32,000 nucleotides of DNA from Methanopyrus kandleri AV19 (GTDB lineage Archaea; JAADCQ01; Methanopyri; Methanopyrales; Methanopyraceae), in the NCBI RefSeq assembly GCF_000007185.1, contig NC_003551.1, forward strand, positions 180,001 to 212,000, given 5' to 3'. Below the pieces are notes generated by a model, which searched no databases, was not told the DNA's origin, and saw only the letters and a program-made list of their open reading frames with translations. The position numbers and the translations under genes are program-made. Position 1 is the first letter of the stretch, and the number at the start of each line of letters is the position of its first letter. This document shows positions 20,076 to 27,996 of this stretch, piece by piece.

Positions 20076-20735
20076 CTACTTCGTGCGGAAGAACCGGGCG
20101 AACTCTGGATACCCGGCTTTCCTTACCCTCTCCTGCAAAGCCTCCAGGAACTCTACGAGACCTTCTCCCGTCTTGGCCGAGATCGGGAACAAGGTGTCGA
20201 GCCACTGGCGCCACGGGGGGAAGAGGCCTAACGCCTCGGCGACGGCGTCCATGTGTTCCTCGAACTCGATCGGTTTGATCTTGTCGATCTTGTTCGCCGC
20301 AACTATGGGGTCCAATCCTACCTCGTTCAGGAACTGGAACATCTCACGGTCGATGGGTATTTCGCCCCTCCGCTCCCAGCGTTCCGCTATCTCCGGAAGA
20401 GCCTTGGCGTCCACCACGTGGATCGCGAACAGGATATTATCCTTTTCTTCCAGGTAGCGAACGATGAGATCCTTAACGCGCTCTTGATACCTCCTGGGAA
20501 CCCCGCTCATGAACCCGAATCCGGGCATGTCGACTAGAACGAGCTCGCCGTCTAGCTCGTGAAAGACGGGTTTACGGGTGACGCCGGGACGCTTACCTAC
20601 TCGGACGTCGGCGGCCCCTCTGGTTATCGCCCTGATTAAGCTGGACTTACCCACGTTCGAGCGACCTACGAGCACGATTTCGGGCAGATCCCGCTCTTCG
20701 AGCGGGTCCTCCGGCACGTAACTGTGAACCGCCAA
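20076..20735 (-). CDS. engB: GTP-binding protein EngB (YsxC/YihA family)
   Basis: G1 GRSNVGKSS, G3 DMPGFG, G4 NKID. TTG start. Confidence 0.8.
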   Translation of the reverse strand: MAVHSYVPEDPLEERDLPEIVLVGRSNVGKSSLIRAITRGAADVRVGKRPGVTRKPVFHELDGELVLVDMPGFGFMSGVPRRYQERVKDLIVRYLEEKDNILFAIHVVDAKALPEIAERWERRGEIPIDREMFQFLNEVGLDPIVAANKIDKIKPIEFEEHMDAVAEALGLFPPWRQWLDTLFPISAKTGEGLVEFLEALQERVRKAGYPEFARFFRTK

Positions 20736-20742
20736 GACGCCC

Positions 20743-20904
20743 TTACACCGCCGCCATCGTGTGGGCGATTATCAGCAGCACGGCCACCGCGAAGCACGCG
20801 TAGAGTATGTAATCAGGGTCTATCTTGATCCCGGGCGCTTCCTCGTCCCAGAAGCTTAGGATACCCGCACGTGCCGGTGGCATCTCGGCCCTCTTCTTCT
20901 CCAT
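20743..20904 (-). CDS. secG: Preprotein translocase subunit Sec61-beta (archaeal SecG)
   Basis: The 53-aa C-terminal part of the 192-aa ORF reads MEKKRAEMPPARAGILSFWDEEAPGIKIDPDYILYACFAVAVLLIIAHT. This fits the archaeal Sec61-beta pattern (AGL..%.DE...IKI.P plus a tail-anchor TM). A TATA-like TATTTAGA lies about 45 nt upstream. Confidence 0.65.
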   Translation of the reverse strand: MEKKRAEMPPARAGILSFWDEEAPGIKIDPDYILYACFAVAVLLIIAHTMAAV

Positions 20905-21120
20905 CTTCTTACCCAAACCCGCCACCCCCAACACCGTACGATCGTGCCATCTAAATACGCTTGCACCCGCGGGTTCGGGGACGACTTTCTGATTTTCGCG
21001 CCGCAAGAGGGGGTCAGACGGGTGTCGATAACCCCTCTCATCGCTCGGAAGCTCGACGGTGCGCTGATATTCGGGATCGCAGAGTTGGCGGGCAAATCCT
21101 GAAAGGTAGTCCGTGAAAAG

Positions 21121-21396
21121 GTGTACCGTGATACCGCCGCGTTTCTGGTCGAGGGGCTCGATGAATATCTCGAGGATATGGAGCCTTCCGACGTCGCCGA
21201 AGCCGTGCTCAAGGCTTACTTCGAGGACGTAGAGCGGGTCGAAGAAGACGACACGATAATCTTCGAGTGCAGAACTAGCTTTCCGATGCTCCGTTTTATA
21301 CATGATTACGCCGAGGAGCACCCCGAGTTCGAAAAGTACGTGAAGCCGGAGGGGGATATAGAGAAAAGGAGTGAAGTGCTGGAAGGGGAAAATTAG
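21121..21396 (+). CDS. Small acidic hypothetical protein
   Basis: 91-aa ORF with GTG start. Strong G at first codon position (gag/gac/gtc/gcc) supports the + strand over the antisense 192-aa ORF. No family recognised. Confidence 0.5.
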   Translation: MYRDTAAFLVEGLDEYLEDMEPSDVAEAVLKAYFEDVERVEEDDTIIFECRTSFPMLRFIHDYAEEHPEFEKYVKPEGDIEKRSEVLEGEN

Positions 21397-21558
21397 ACCG
21401 GATGTTCCGATCGATCGGTGGACATCCTGCGGTAGTACTGTTCCAATATCTCATGAAGAACTTAGGCGAGCCGTATCGAATGATCATAGAGCGCGTGGAC
21501 CGAAGGGAACGTCCATTCAAGGTACGAGTAGTCGTAGAACCCGAGTGAAATAACGTCT

Positions 21559-22800
21559 TCACACGGTAGGATCATCCCACTCAGACATCCTATCCGTTAC
21601 TTCCTCAGCTTCCTTGACTATCCGAGAGGCTCGCCGTAAATCCCCCTCTGCCAACGCTTCCAACGCTCTATACAAGTACGAAGTTTCAATAGCAGCCAGA
21701 GCGCGCCGTACCTCGTTACGCGCGTATTTTTCAGCAGCTCCTGCGAACCCTTTCAGGGATAATCGAGAACCTAATTTCATTCCGCGAAGGTACCATTCCG
21801 CACGGACTTTTCGGGCATGAGGTACGCCGGGAACTTCCTTCTCCGGCTTGATTACGAGTCCCTCAAGCTCCTCTTCTTCAACCCGGTTCATAAGTTCACG
21901 TGCCACTTGCTCTGCCTCTCCGAGATCACATAAGGTGCTGGGAACGGGCTTTATTCGATCACCATCGATCATATCAGCCAACAGCTCATATTGCCGTATT
22001 TTAGGTTTTTGAATAGTGATTTCACCGTCATACATATCCAGTTCGTATACGTAGTATACGGGTTCCGAGTCCTCAGGCTCGTACGCGGCGAGATCGTCCA
22101 GAACGCTTAGAATATCCCGAAGTATTTCAACGGCATCCTCCGGCACGTAGTCCTTGTCGTGGGCGATAGCCGTGAGTCGTTCGATCTCTTCGTGTAACCT
22201 CTGGAACTCATCGTCGTCGGCCAGTTTAACATCGGGCAGTCTGCGCTGGATGGTGTAGAGCGTTCTCACGTGGCGGCGGACCTTAGACAGCCTATCGAAA
22301 AGCTTTCCAAGCCAGGCTCGCGGAACCCGCTTGCGGCGGGGGTTCAAGGTGTATCTAGACATGAGCCGGACGTGGTAATCTATGTAGTCGAGCGTCTCGT
22401 TCCACAGTTCGAACACCGAGGTTCCGAAGAGGGACAACGGCAACAGCTCGCCCTCGACGATCGTGAGGGAGTGCTCCGACGGATCGAGCACTGATTGGAC
22501 GTACTCCTCGACCTCCTCCACTCGGACCCAGCTTCTGGTATGGGCTATTACGGGTTCGCCGAGTTCGCTTTCGAGCACGCGGCCGAGCACTACCCGCACG
22601 TTCGTACCGTCTTTTTTCTCCTCTATCCGAAGGGATTCGTTCGAACTCACGTGCTCCAGCTCCGTGATGTACAGTCTTACGGTATGTTCGACGGTTTCGG
22701 GCAGCGCGGCGGGCATCGTACGCGAGAACGTCAAGCGAGCCTTCGGTGGTAGCAGTGGCCGCTCGCCCGAAGGCGTCTCGATAGTTTCGGTATCGCTCAT
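21559..22800 (-). CDS. Divergent ATP-dependent ligase-type nucleotidyltransferase (Rnl3/COG1423-like RNA ligase candidate)
   Basis: Motif I EEKKDGTNVRV (Lys62 codon at 22615-22617), motif III-like TIVEGELL, motif IV EGLVIKP, motif V-like ARKVRAEWY. An acidic, helical insert of roughly 190 aa lies between motifs III and IV. Confidence 0.55.
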   Translation of the reverse strand: MSDTETIETPSGERPLLPPKARLTFSRTMPAALPETVEHTVRLYITELEHVSSNESLRIEEKKDGTNVRVVLGRVLESELGEPVIAHTRSWVRVEEVEEYVQSVLDPSEHSLTIVEGELLPLSLFGTSVFELWNETLDYIDYHVRLMSRYTLNPRRKRVPRAWLGKLFDRLSKVRRHVRTLYTIQRRLPDVKLADDDEFQRLHEEIERLTAIAHDKDYVPEDAVEILRDILSVLDDLAAYEPEDSEPVYYVYELDMYDGEITIQKPKIRQYELLADMIDGDRIKPVPSTLCDLGEAEQVARELMNRVEEEELEGLVIKPEKEVPGVPHARKVRAEWYLRGMKLGSRLSLKGFAGAAEKYARNEVRRALAAIETSYLYRALEALAEGDLRRASRIVKEAEEVTDRMSEWDDPTV

Positions 22801-23468
22801 TTCGTCCTCCCCGACAGCAAGTCGGACGGCGATAATTCTGTGAAGTCCGGGACGACGATCACCTCGTGGTCGACCCCGAGTTCCTCGGCCACTTCGGGTA
22901 ACTCCTCCTCGAGGACTTCGCCGACGCGGTCGTCCTCTTCGCGCACTAGGACGATGCGTTTGGCGCCGGACTTCCGGATGTATTCTTCGAGCTCCCTTCG
23001 GGCCCGCTCGACGGATTTCACGAGCCCCTCGGGTAGTTTTTCAGGCAAGTTAGGGTTCACCTTCCGATAGTCCTCCGGCACTAGCGGCCCTCCGGTCTGC
23101 ACGATCGGAGCGTCTACGAGCTCCCTCAGGGCTTTACGCTCTCGCCCCCTTACCACCACCAGCACGGAGTCCTTGAACAAGTCGTCTAGGTCGCGCTCCG
23201 TCTCCTCCTCGACGCCGACGAGCTCTAGAACTGATCGTAAAATATCGTCCAACGCTCTGGCTACCTCCTGAGCCCGCTCGCCGCGTAGCACGTGTTCCGG
23301 AGCGGACTCGACCAGTGCGTGGTCCAGCTCCGCGGCTCGGTGAACGATCCTCCGGACGACCTCTTCGTCCAGCCGAAGCTCGTCGACGTCCGTGACAACC
23401 CTTATACGTCCTGACCGCTGGGAGACAGCGTGACTGAGGAGTTCTTCGAGCCTCTCAACGCGTGTCAA
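22797..23468 (-). CDS. Hypothetical protein overlapping the start of the ligase-like gene by 4 nt
   Basis: 223-aa ORF, TTG start preceded by GGGGGG. Its stop overlaps the ligase start (ATGA). Acidic with alternating strand/helix character. No family recognised. Confidence 0.55.
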   Translation of the reverse strand: MTRVERLEELLSHAVSQRSGRIRVVTDVDELRLDEEVVRRIVHRAAELDHALVESAPEHVLRGERAQEVARALDDILRSVLELVGVEEETERDLDDLFKDSVLVVVRGRERKALRELVDAPIVQTGGPLVPEDYRKVNPNLPEKLPEGLVKSVERARRELEEYIRKSGAKRIVLVREEDDRVGEVLEEELPEVAEELGVDHEVIVVPDFTELSPSDLLSGRTK

Positions 23469-23481
23469 CGTGGACCCCCCG

Positions 23482-23535
23482 ATGACGAGTGAGCTGTTAG
23501 CCGAACGCTATTATGGGGAGAGGATGGCTGGCCGA
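23482..23535 (+). ncRNA. Candidate box C/D sRNA filling the 70-nt intergenic gap
   Basis: Layout: C ATGACGA (23482-23488), 12-nt guide GTGAGCTGTTAG, D' CCGA, 8-nt spacer, C' ATGGGGA, 12-nt guide GAGGATGGCTGG, D CCGA (23532-23535). Flanks GACCC (23473-23477) and GGGTC (23536-23540) can pair. Boxes are non-canonical, but the first GA of box C and the GA of both D-type boxes are kept. Confidence 0.3.
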
Positions 23536-23538
23536 GGG

Positions 23539-24414
23539 TCACCACCACCCCTCCTTCAGGATGCGCACCGGTCTCGCCCCTGTGAGTGAGAAGCCGCTGT
23601 GCTCCACCTCTACGAGCACCGGAGTGCCCTCGGAGCCACTCCCCTCGACTATATACTCTCCAGGAAGCGTGTTCGCGGCGATGTCGTGACCGACCACTAC
23701 CTCAACGCTGCCTCCTTCCTGGACCTCCCTGAGCACGACCCCGAAGGTCCAGGTCCGATGGAACTTCCTCCTCACCCAAACCGTAGCCGCCGCTACTCCT
23801 AGGGCCGGTAACCCGAACACTATAAACCCGGGTAAGACTCCCTCAAGCGGCAGGACGAGCGCTACCACCGGAGGTACGTTCGTCAGTATTGCGGACAGTA
23901 CGACGGACCCCAAGATAATGAGTGTGGAATGCCAGTACGGTAGCCAGTGGATGTCCTCTGAAGGTGAGACGCGGCGGAGCCATCCGAGACTGAAGGCCGT
24001 AACGAACGCCGAGATCACGGCCAAAGCTTCCCATAACATTACGGGCGGTGCTACGATTTCCTCCAAGATTACGAACACTACGGTCGCGAGGAGGGAAAAC
24101 TGCAGCACTAAGACGGGCACGTCCCACGGCATTCTAGGAGCCGCCGCGATCCGCTTACCGCGTATCTCTATATCTTTGAAGGGTACTTGGGGCAGCTCCG
24201 GTAGCAGTACCTGACCCTCTCTCACCATTTCCATAACCGTCTGGAACTTGGACGCGGACTCCTCGGCCGTCCTGATGAGCTGCGAGGTGAATTTAGCGGA
24301 GCGTTTCGGGCCCTCTTTAAGCAGCTTCACTACTATCCAAGGCAAGTTCACGGTCACGTAACCGACGGCGGCGGTGAACTTCCACACGAACCGTCCGATC
24401 CGCTCGAGCACCAA
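23539..24414 (-). CDS. Multi-pass membrane protein with a soluble C-terminal beta-rich domain
   Basis: Several hydrophobic spans (VLVLQFSLLATVVFVIL, AVISAFVTAFSLGW, STLIILGSVVLSAIL, FIVFGLPALGVAAATVWV) are followed by a roughly 70 aa charged tail. TTG 24414 follows GGGGAGGAATGA. ATG 24438 is the longest start. Confidence 0.6.
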   Translation of the reverse strand: MVLERIGRFVWKFTAAVGYVTVNLPWIVVKLLKEGPKRSAKFTSQLIRTAEESASKFQTVMEMVREGQVLLPELPQVPFKDIEIRGKRIAAAPRMPWDVPVLVLQFSLLATVVFVILEEIVAPPVMLWEALAVISAFVTAFSLGWLRRVSPSEDIHWLPYWHSTLIILGSVVLSAILTNVPPVVALVLPLEGVLPGFIVFGLPALGVAAATVWVRRKFHRTWTFGVVLREVQEGGSVEVVVGHDIAANTLPGEYIVEGSGSEGTPVLVEVEHSGFSLTGARPVRILKEGWW

Positions 24415-24415
24415 G

Positions 24416-25297
24416 TCATTCCTCCCCGCTGAGCTCATCGCGGTAGGCTTCGAGCAGGCGCTCCTCCTTCCCTAGTACTTCGGCGGCAGAGGCCACGTTG
24501 TCCGATTCCTCGTAAACCTCGGACAACCGATCACGGTAGTTCTTATCGCGGAGCAGGTGATGATCGAGGATTATCTGGCCGGATCTCGAGGCCAACTTTC
24601 GCAGGTTCTTCACGGCCTTCTCCAGATTGTCCGAGGAGAATCGGAAACCGAGTAAGTACGTCGGTGGGCCACTGATCAGCACCAAATCCGGGTCGCGTTC
24701 TAGGATCCACTCCAACGCCGGTCCGTACACGGGACCCTGAACATCTGAGGCGTGAACGATCACGTGGTCACGGTGCGTTATCCTCAGTCCGAGAACGTAC
24801 CCTAATCTCGTCCCTTCAGGCCCGTGCGGGAGTGGCTGCGAGAACTCGAGAACGGTCTCGCCGAACTCGAACCTCTTACCGTCGGCAAACTCGTAATCGA
24901 CGCCTAGCTCATCCAACCCCTCAATCAGTGCCCGAGCCCTACCCGCCTGGCTCCGGTTAATGTTCTCGGTGGGATGCTTCATCAGAATCAGCTTATCTCG
25001 GTAAAGTTCCTTCGCCGTTTCAAGGTCGCAAGCTTCGTACTTCCGGTCGGTGAACGGGGTGTGGTGGTCGTAGTGGTAGTGCGATATCGTGACCACGTCC
25101 GCGCTGTCTGCGGCACGCTGGATACTCTCGCGCACCTCCTCAAGGGCTTCCCACTCCTCCTCCGACGGCGGTAAATTGTAGCGTTTCGGAGGGATTGACA
25201 CACCAGGATCCACCAGTACAGTCACGTCCGGCGTTTCGATCAGTGTGGCCATCGACCTCACACCGAGGCTTTCGAACCCGAGCGGAACTACCCTCAC
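24416..25297 (-). CDS. UPF0282-family metallo-beta-lactamase-fold protein
   Basis: VVPLGFESLGVRSMATLIETPDVTVLVDPGVS...ISHYHYDHH matches UPF0282. Start placed at GTG 25297 to fit the family N-terminus. The ORF is open to TTG 25330. Confidence 0.7.
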   Translation of the reverse strand: MRVVPLGFESLGVRSMATLIETPDVTVLVDPGVSIPPKRYNLPPSEEEWEALEEVRESIQRAADSADVVTISHYHYDHHTPFTDRKYEACDLETAKELYRDKLILMKHPTENINRSQAGRARALIEGLDELGVDYEFADGKRFEFGETVLEFSQPLPHGPEGTRLGYVLGLRITHRDHVIVHASDVQGPVYGPALEWILERDPDLVLISGPPTYLLGFRFSSDNLEKAVKNLRKLASRSGQIILDHHLLRDKNYRDRLSEVYEESDNVASAAEVLGKEERLLEAYRDELSGEE

Positions 25298-25419
25298 GTT
25301 CCCGACTTTCAGTCCGGACGACACGGTCAAGTACCCCAGGGGTCGTCATCCCGGTTCGTCGGCCTACCTCGATCTCTTCATCCCGGCCTCGGAGTGGTCG
25401 CAGGATCGTCATAGTGAGG

Positions 25420-25839
25420 TCAGCGGTTGTTCGCTTCTTCATCGGCCGTGTATCTCACTTCTACGACCGGTGTTATGTTTCTGCCGGACTTGTCGTAGAA
25501 CTCCACACGGTCCGGAGTATACGGGTACGCTGCGATCGCGTGGACGGCCCCCAACCTCTTGAACAGCATCAAGTCATCCTCCGAGGGTACCGGATCGCCG
25601 TATGGATGGGAGTGAAACGTTCCGATTACGTCGCAGGTGTGAACGGAGAGGAGATCGAAAATCGCACCGGAGTCGGAGGCTTCGAAAGGGACTACGATCA
25701 GCGAGTCGATCGTGATGGTTTCCGCGTCTATCGAGCCCCCTAACATCGCGAAGAATTCATCAGGGTGATTTTTATCGCTTGCCTCGAGGAGGGAGTCCAG
25801 GAGTCTCGCGTCGAATTCTACCCTTTTCACGCCGGACAA
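25420..25839 (-). CDS. JAB1/MPN/Mov34 (JAMM) metalloprotease
   Basis: Complete JAMM motif: Glu in HPDEFFAMLGG plus H-x-H-x7-S-x2-D in FHSHPYGDPVPSEDD. 139 aa stand-alone form. TTG start preceded by GGAGGGAAGG. Confidence 0.75.
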   Translation of the reverse strand: MSGVKRVEFDARLLDSLLEASDKNHPDEFFAMLGGSIDAETITIDSLIVVPFEASDSGAIFDLLSVHTCDVIGTFHSHPYGDPVPSEDDLMLFKRLGAVHAIAAYPYTPDRVEFYDKSGRNITPVVEVRYTADEEANNR

Positions 25840-26662
25840 GCCGCCTTCCCTCCGCGGATCTTCTTAGCGGCGAGGTTAGCGGGCCGATGATATGGCTAAT
25901 ACCGTACCAGCCTATTACTGCAATCCCCGCGAAGGCTAATGTGCTGGCGATTACGGTCGTACGTGGTGATGGGAGCATCCGTGCGATCCTCCGCTGGGCT
26001 GCTTTGGTTGGATCGTAAATCACTCTGAGGTCGGCGATCTCGCGGATTTCTCCCTTCAAATCCGCGTACTCCGAAGGCGGGACCTCGACGTCGATCGTGG
26101 CTGTGACGCCAACCACTACGAATCCACTGGTGTACGTTATCCACCCCGAAAGCTCGTCGGCCAGCTGAGAGACTTTCGAAGGTGGGACGGACTTGAGATC
26201 CATACGGACGACCATCTTGGTGGGCGATGAGAACCTAACGTCTTTGACGCCGGGGAAGACTTTGGGCACTTTAGACTCGAACCACCTCCGACGGTCCGAG
26301 GGCACGGGTTCACTCATGGCAACTTCCAGCTCTAGGTATCGTCCGACGGGTTTCCCGCGGTACTTCTTAACCGCCTCCAAAGCTTTGGGTAAATCCGAGG
26401 GTGCCGTGCTCAGCTCGACCGTTAGGTACCCGTTCTTCTCCAGTCCAGCCACGACCTTGGGGATGTCCGAGAGCATGGGAGCGAGTAGGAAAAGTCCTAC
26501 ACCGGCTCCGATGATCGCCGCTCCGAGGGTGGTTGCTATCGGCGCCTTGATCCATCGCCCAACGACACCGATAGAGTAAGTTAAGAGTGCGAGTAACACT
26601 GTCGTGAGGGTCGCGACGGTCACGAATGCCGCACCCACGTGCCATCCCCCGGCGAGGTCCAT
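25772..26662 (-). CDS. Membrane protein (two N-terminal TM, roughly 170 aa middle domain, one C-terminal TM)
   Basis: TM segments AAFVTVATLTTVLLALL, TTLGAAIIGAGVGLFLLAP and VIASTLAFAGIAVIGWYG. A basic tail overlaps the JAMM start by 68 nt. ATG 26662; GTG 26638 is possible given the TATA position. Confidence 0.55.
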   Translation of the reverse strand: MDLAGGWHVGAAFVTVATLTTVLLALLTYSIGVVGRWIKAPIATTLGAAIIGAGVGLFLLAPMLSDIPKVVAGLEKNGYLTVELSTAPSDLPKALEAVKKYRGKPVGRYLELEVAMSEPVPSDRRRWFESKVPKVFPGVKDVRFSSPTKMVVRMDLKSVPPSKVSQLADELSGWITYTSGFVVVGVTATIDVEVPPSEYADLKGEIREIADLRVIYDPTKAAQRRIARMLPSPRTTVIASTLAFAGIAVIGWYGISHIIGPLTSPLRRSAEGRRLVRREKGRIRRETPGLPPRGKR

Positions 26663-26672
26663 GCGCAAACGT

Positions 26673-26680
26673 ATTTAAAT
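26673..26680. promoter_or_regulatory. Palindromic TATA-like element ATTTAAAT in a divergent intergenic region
   Basis: It is the only AT-rich element between the divergent genes. It lies about 50 nt upstream of the Roadblock TTG (26731) and 14 nt from the minus-strand ATG (26662). Confidence 0.35.
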
Positions 26681-26730
26681 CCCGACTCACCCGCCGCGCC
26701 GGAGAACCCATCTTTGGGGGCCGACGTCAC

Positions 26731-27078
26731 TTGATCGAGAAGGTGTTGGCGGATTTGAACCGGGTTGAGGGAGTGCATGGATCGTTAGTTGTCTCGAGCG
26801 ACGGATTGATCATCGCAGAGGCCGTGCCTCCGGATATCGACTCCGAGATCGTGGGTGCGATTGCGACGACCGTATACGGTTCTGGCGAGCGAGTCGTCGA
26901 CGAGATGAATCTAGGAGACCTCGAGCAAATGCTCATAGAGGCCACGCACGGGAAGGTGATGATCGTAGACGTGGGGGAGGACGCGACACTAGTCCTCGTC
27001 GTCGAGCCCGACGCCAACTTAGGACTTATCCGCCTCCGCGCTCGGGAGGCCGCTGAGGAGATCGCTAAGCAGCTTTAA
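26731..27078 (+). CDS. Roadblock/LC7 (MglB-like) domain protein
   Basis: 115 aa from TTG 26731. Canonical Robl layout: LADLNRVEGVHGSLVVSSDGLIIAEAV...IVGAIATTVYGSGERV...MLIEATHGKVMIVDVGEDATLVLVVE plus a C-terminal helix. Confidence 0.7.
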   Translation: MIEKVLADLNRVEGVHGSLVVSSDGLIIAEAVPPDIDSEIVGAIATTVYGSGERVVDEMNLGDLEQMLIEATHGKVMIVDVGEDATLVLVVEPDANLGLIRLRAREAAEEIAKQL

Positions 27079-27113
27079 TGGTTTCCCCGAACCACCGCTA
27101 GGGAGCCTCGACC

Positions 27114-27995
27114 GTGATTAGAGCCGTCCTCAGAATTTTTAAAGGTATTTTAAGTGGGCGAGATGGTGAGGGAAGGGAGCGGGGATTTAAAGAGGCTAGG
27201 GAGGGCGCCGGAAGTTCGGAGGAGGATGGAGCCACGGAAGTCAGGGATGAAGTGATCCGACGAGCACTCGACGTCATCGGAGAGCAGCTCGATGTGGAGA
27301 AGCTCGTCGAGGAAGCCCGCAAAGATCTGACGTCGGCCCTGAACCGGGTTACCGAGTATTTCGGTCTGGAGAAACTAGTCGTGTTAGACGATTCTGGGAA
27401 GCCGATTGGGATAGTAGGAGACGGCCGGATGGAGGGCGGGTTGATAAACGCAGTTTACACGATACGTGAATCACTGGGCGACGTTGATACTATTTTAGTA
27501 ACTTCGGAAGACTCGACTAACTACCTGGCGCTGTGTCTAGACGAGTACGTAGTAGTGTGTGAATCTAAAATGACCTTGTCCGACGCGGATATCTTCATGC
27601 TTAAAAATGACCTTGGAAAAGTTATAGATGCCGCAGTCTCGGGCCAGCGAGTGAAGTCTGAGATACCGTTCGTGGTAATCGACGAGCATGGTTTGGTGAT
27701 CCTATCGAATGTAGATCGATGTGAAGAAGTTGGAGCATTGATCTCGCAGCTGTACAGGTTCGTCAAGGATCATGTGGAGGGCTCGATCGAATGGATCAAG
27801 ATGACCACCGGTGAAAACAAGACCCTAGCTGTAAAACCCCATAACGATTTCCTCATAGCTTTCGTCGTGGAGTCAGATGTCGAGGACGCGGACGACGCGT
27901 GCGAGGAAACCGTTAAAACTCTTATCGAAAAGGTCGAGCGCGCCGTAGCCGGATCTCCGAGCCCTCCAGCCGAAAAAGGCGAGGGGTTAACCTGA
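27114..27995 (+). CDS. Tandem Roadblock/LC7-like domain protein with N-terminal amphipathic helix
   Basis: GTG start 9 nt after GGGAG. Two Robl-like units: [17 protein letters not shown]...[26 protein letters not shown], and [16 protein letters not shown]...[31 protein letters not shown]-terminus [15 protein letters not shown]. Domain call made by eye. Confidence 0.55.
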   Translation: MIRAVLRIFKGILSGRDGEGRERGFKEAREGAGSSEEDGATEVRDEVIRRALDVIGEQLDVEKLVEEARKDLTSALNRVTEYFGLEKLVVLDDSGKPIGIVGDGRMEGGLINAVYTIRESLGDVDTILVTSEDSTNYLALCLDEYVVVCESKMTLSDADIFMLKNDLGKVIDAAVSGQRVKSEIPFVVIDEHGLVILSNVDRCEEVGALISQLYRFVKDHVEGSIEWIKMTTGENKTLAVKPHNDFLIAFVVESDVEDADDACEETVKTLIEKVERAVAGSPSPPAEKGEGLT

Positions 27996-27996
27996 C

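Noticed and set aside
20743-21321. 192-aa ORF taken as one gene
   Set aside because: Only the C-terminal 53 aa match a known family (Sec61-beta). The upstream part is antisense to a + strand ORF with a better codon-position signature. A TATA-like box sits between the two parts.
21402-21430. Palindromic GGATGTTCCGATCGATCGGTGGACATCC just after the 91-aa ORF, considered as a regulatory site or RNA gene
   Set aside because: It is an isolated hairpin or palindrome in a convergent 3' region, most simply a transcript-end structure. It has no partner motifs, so it is not reported as a feature.
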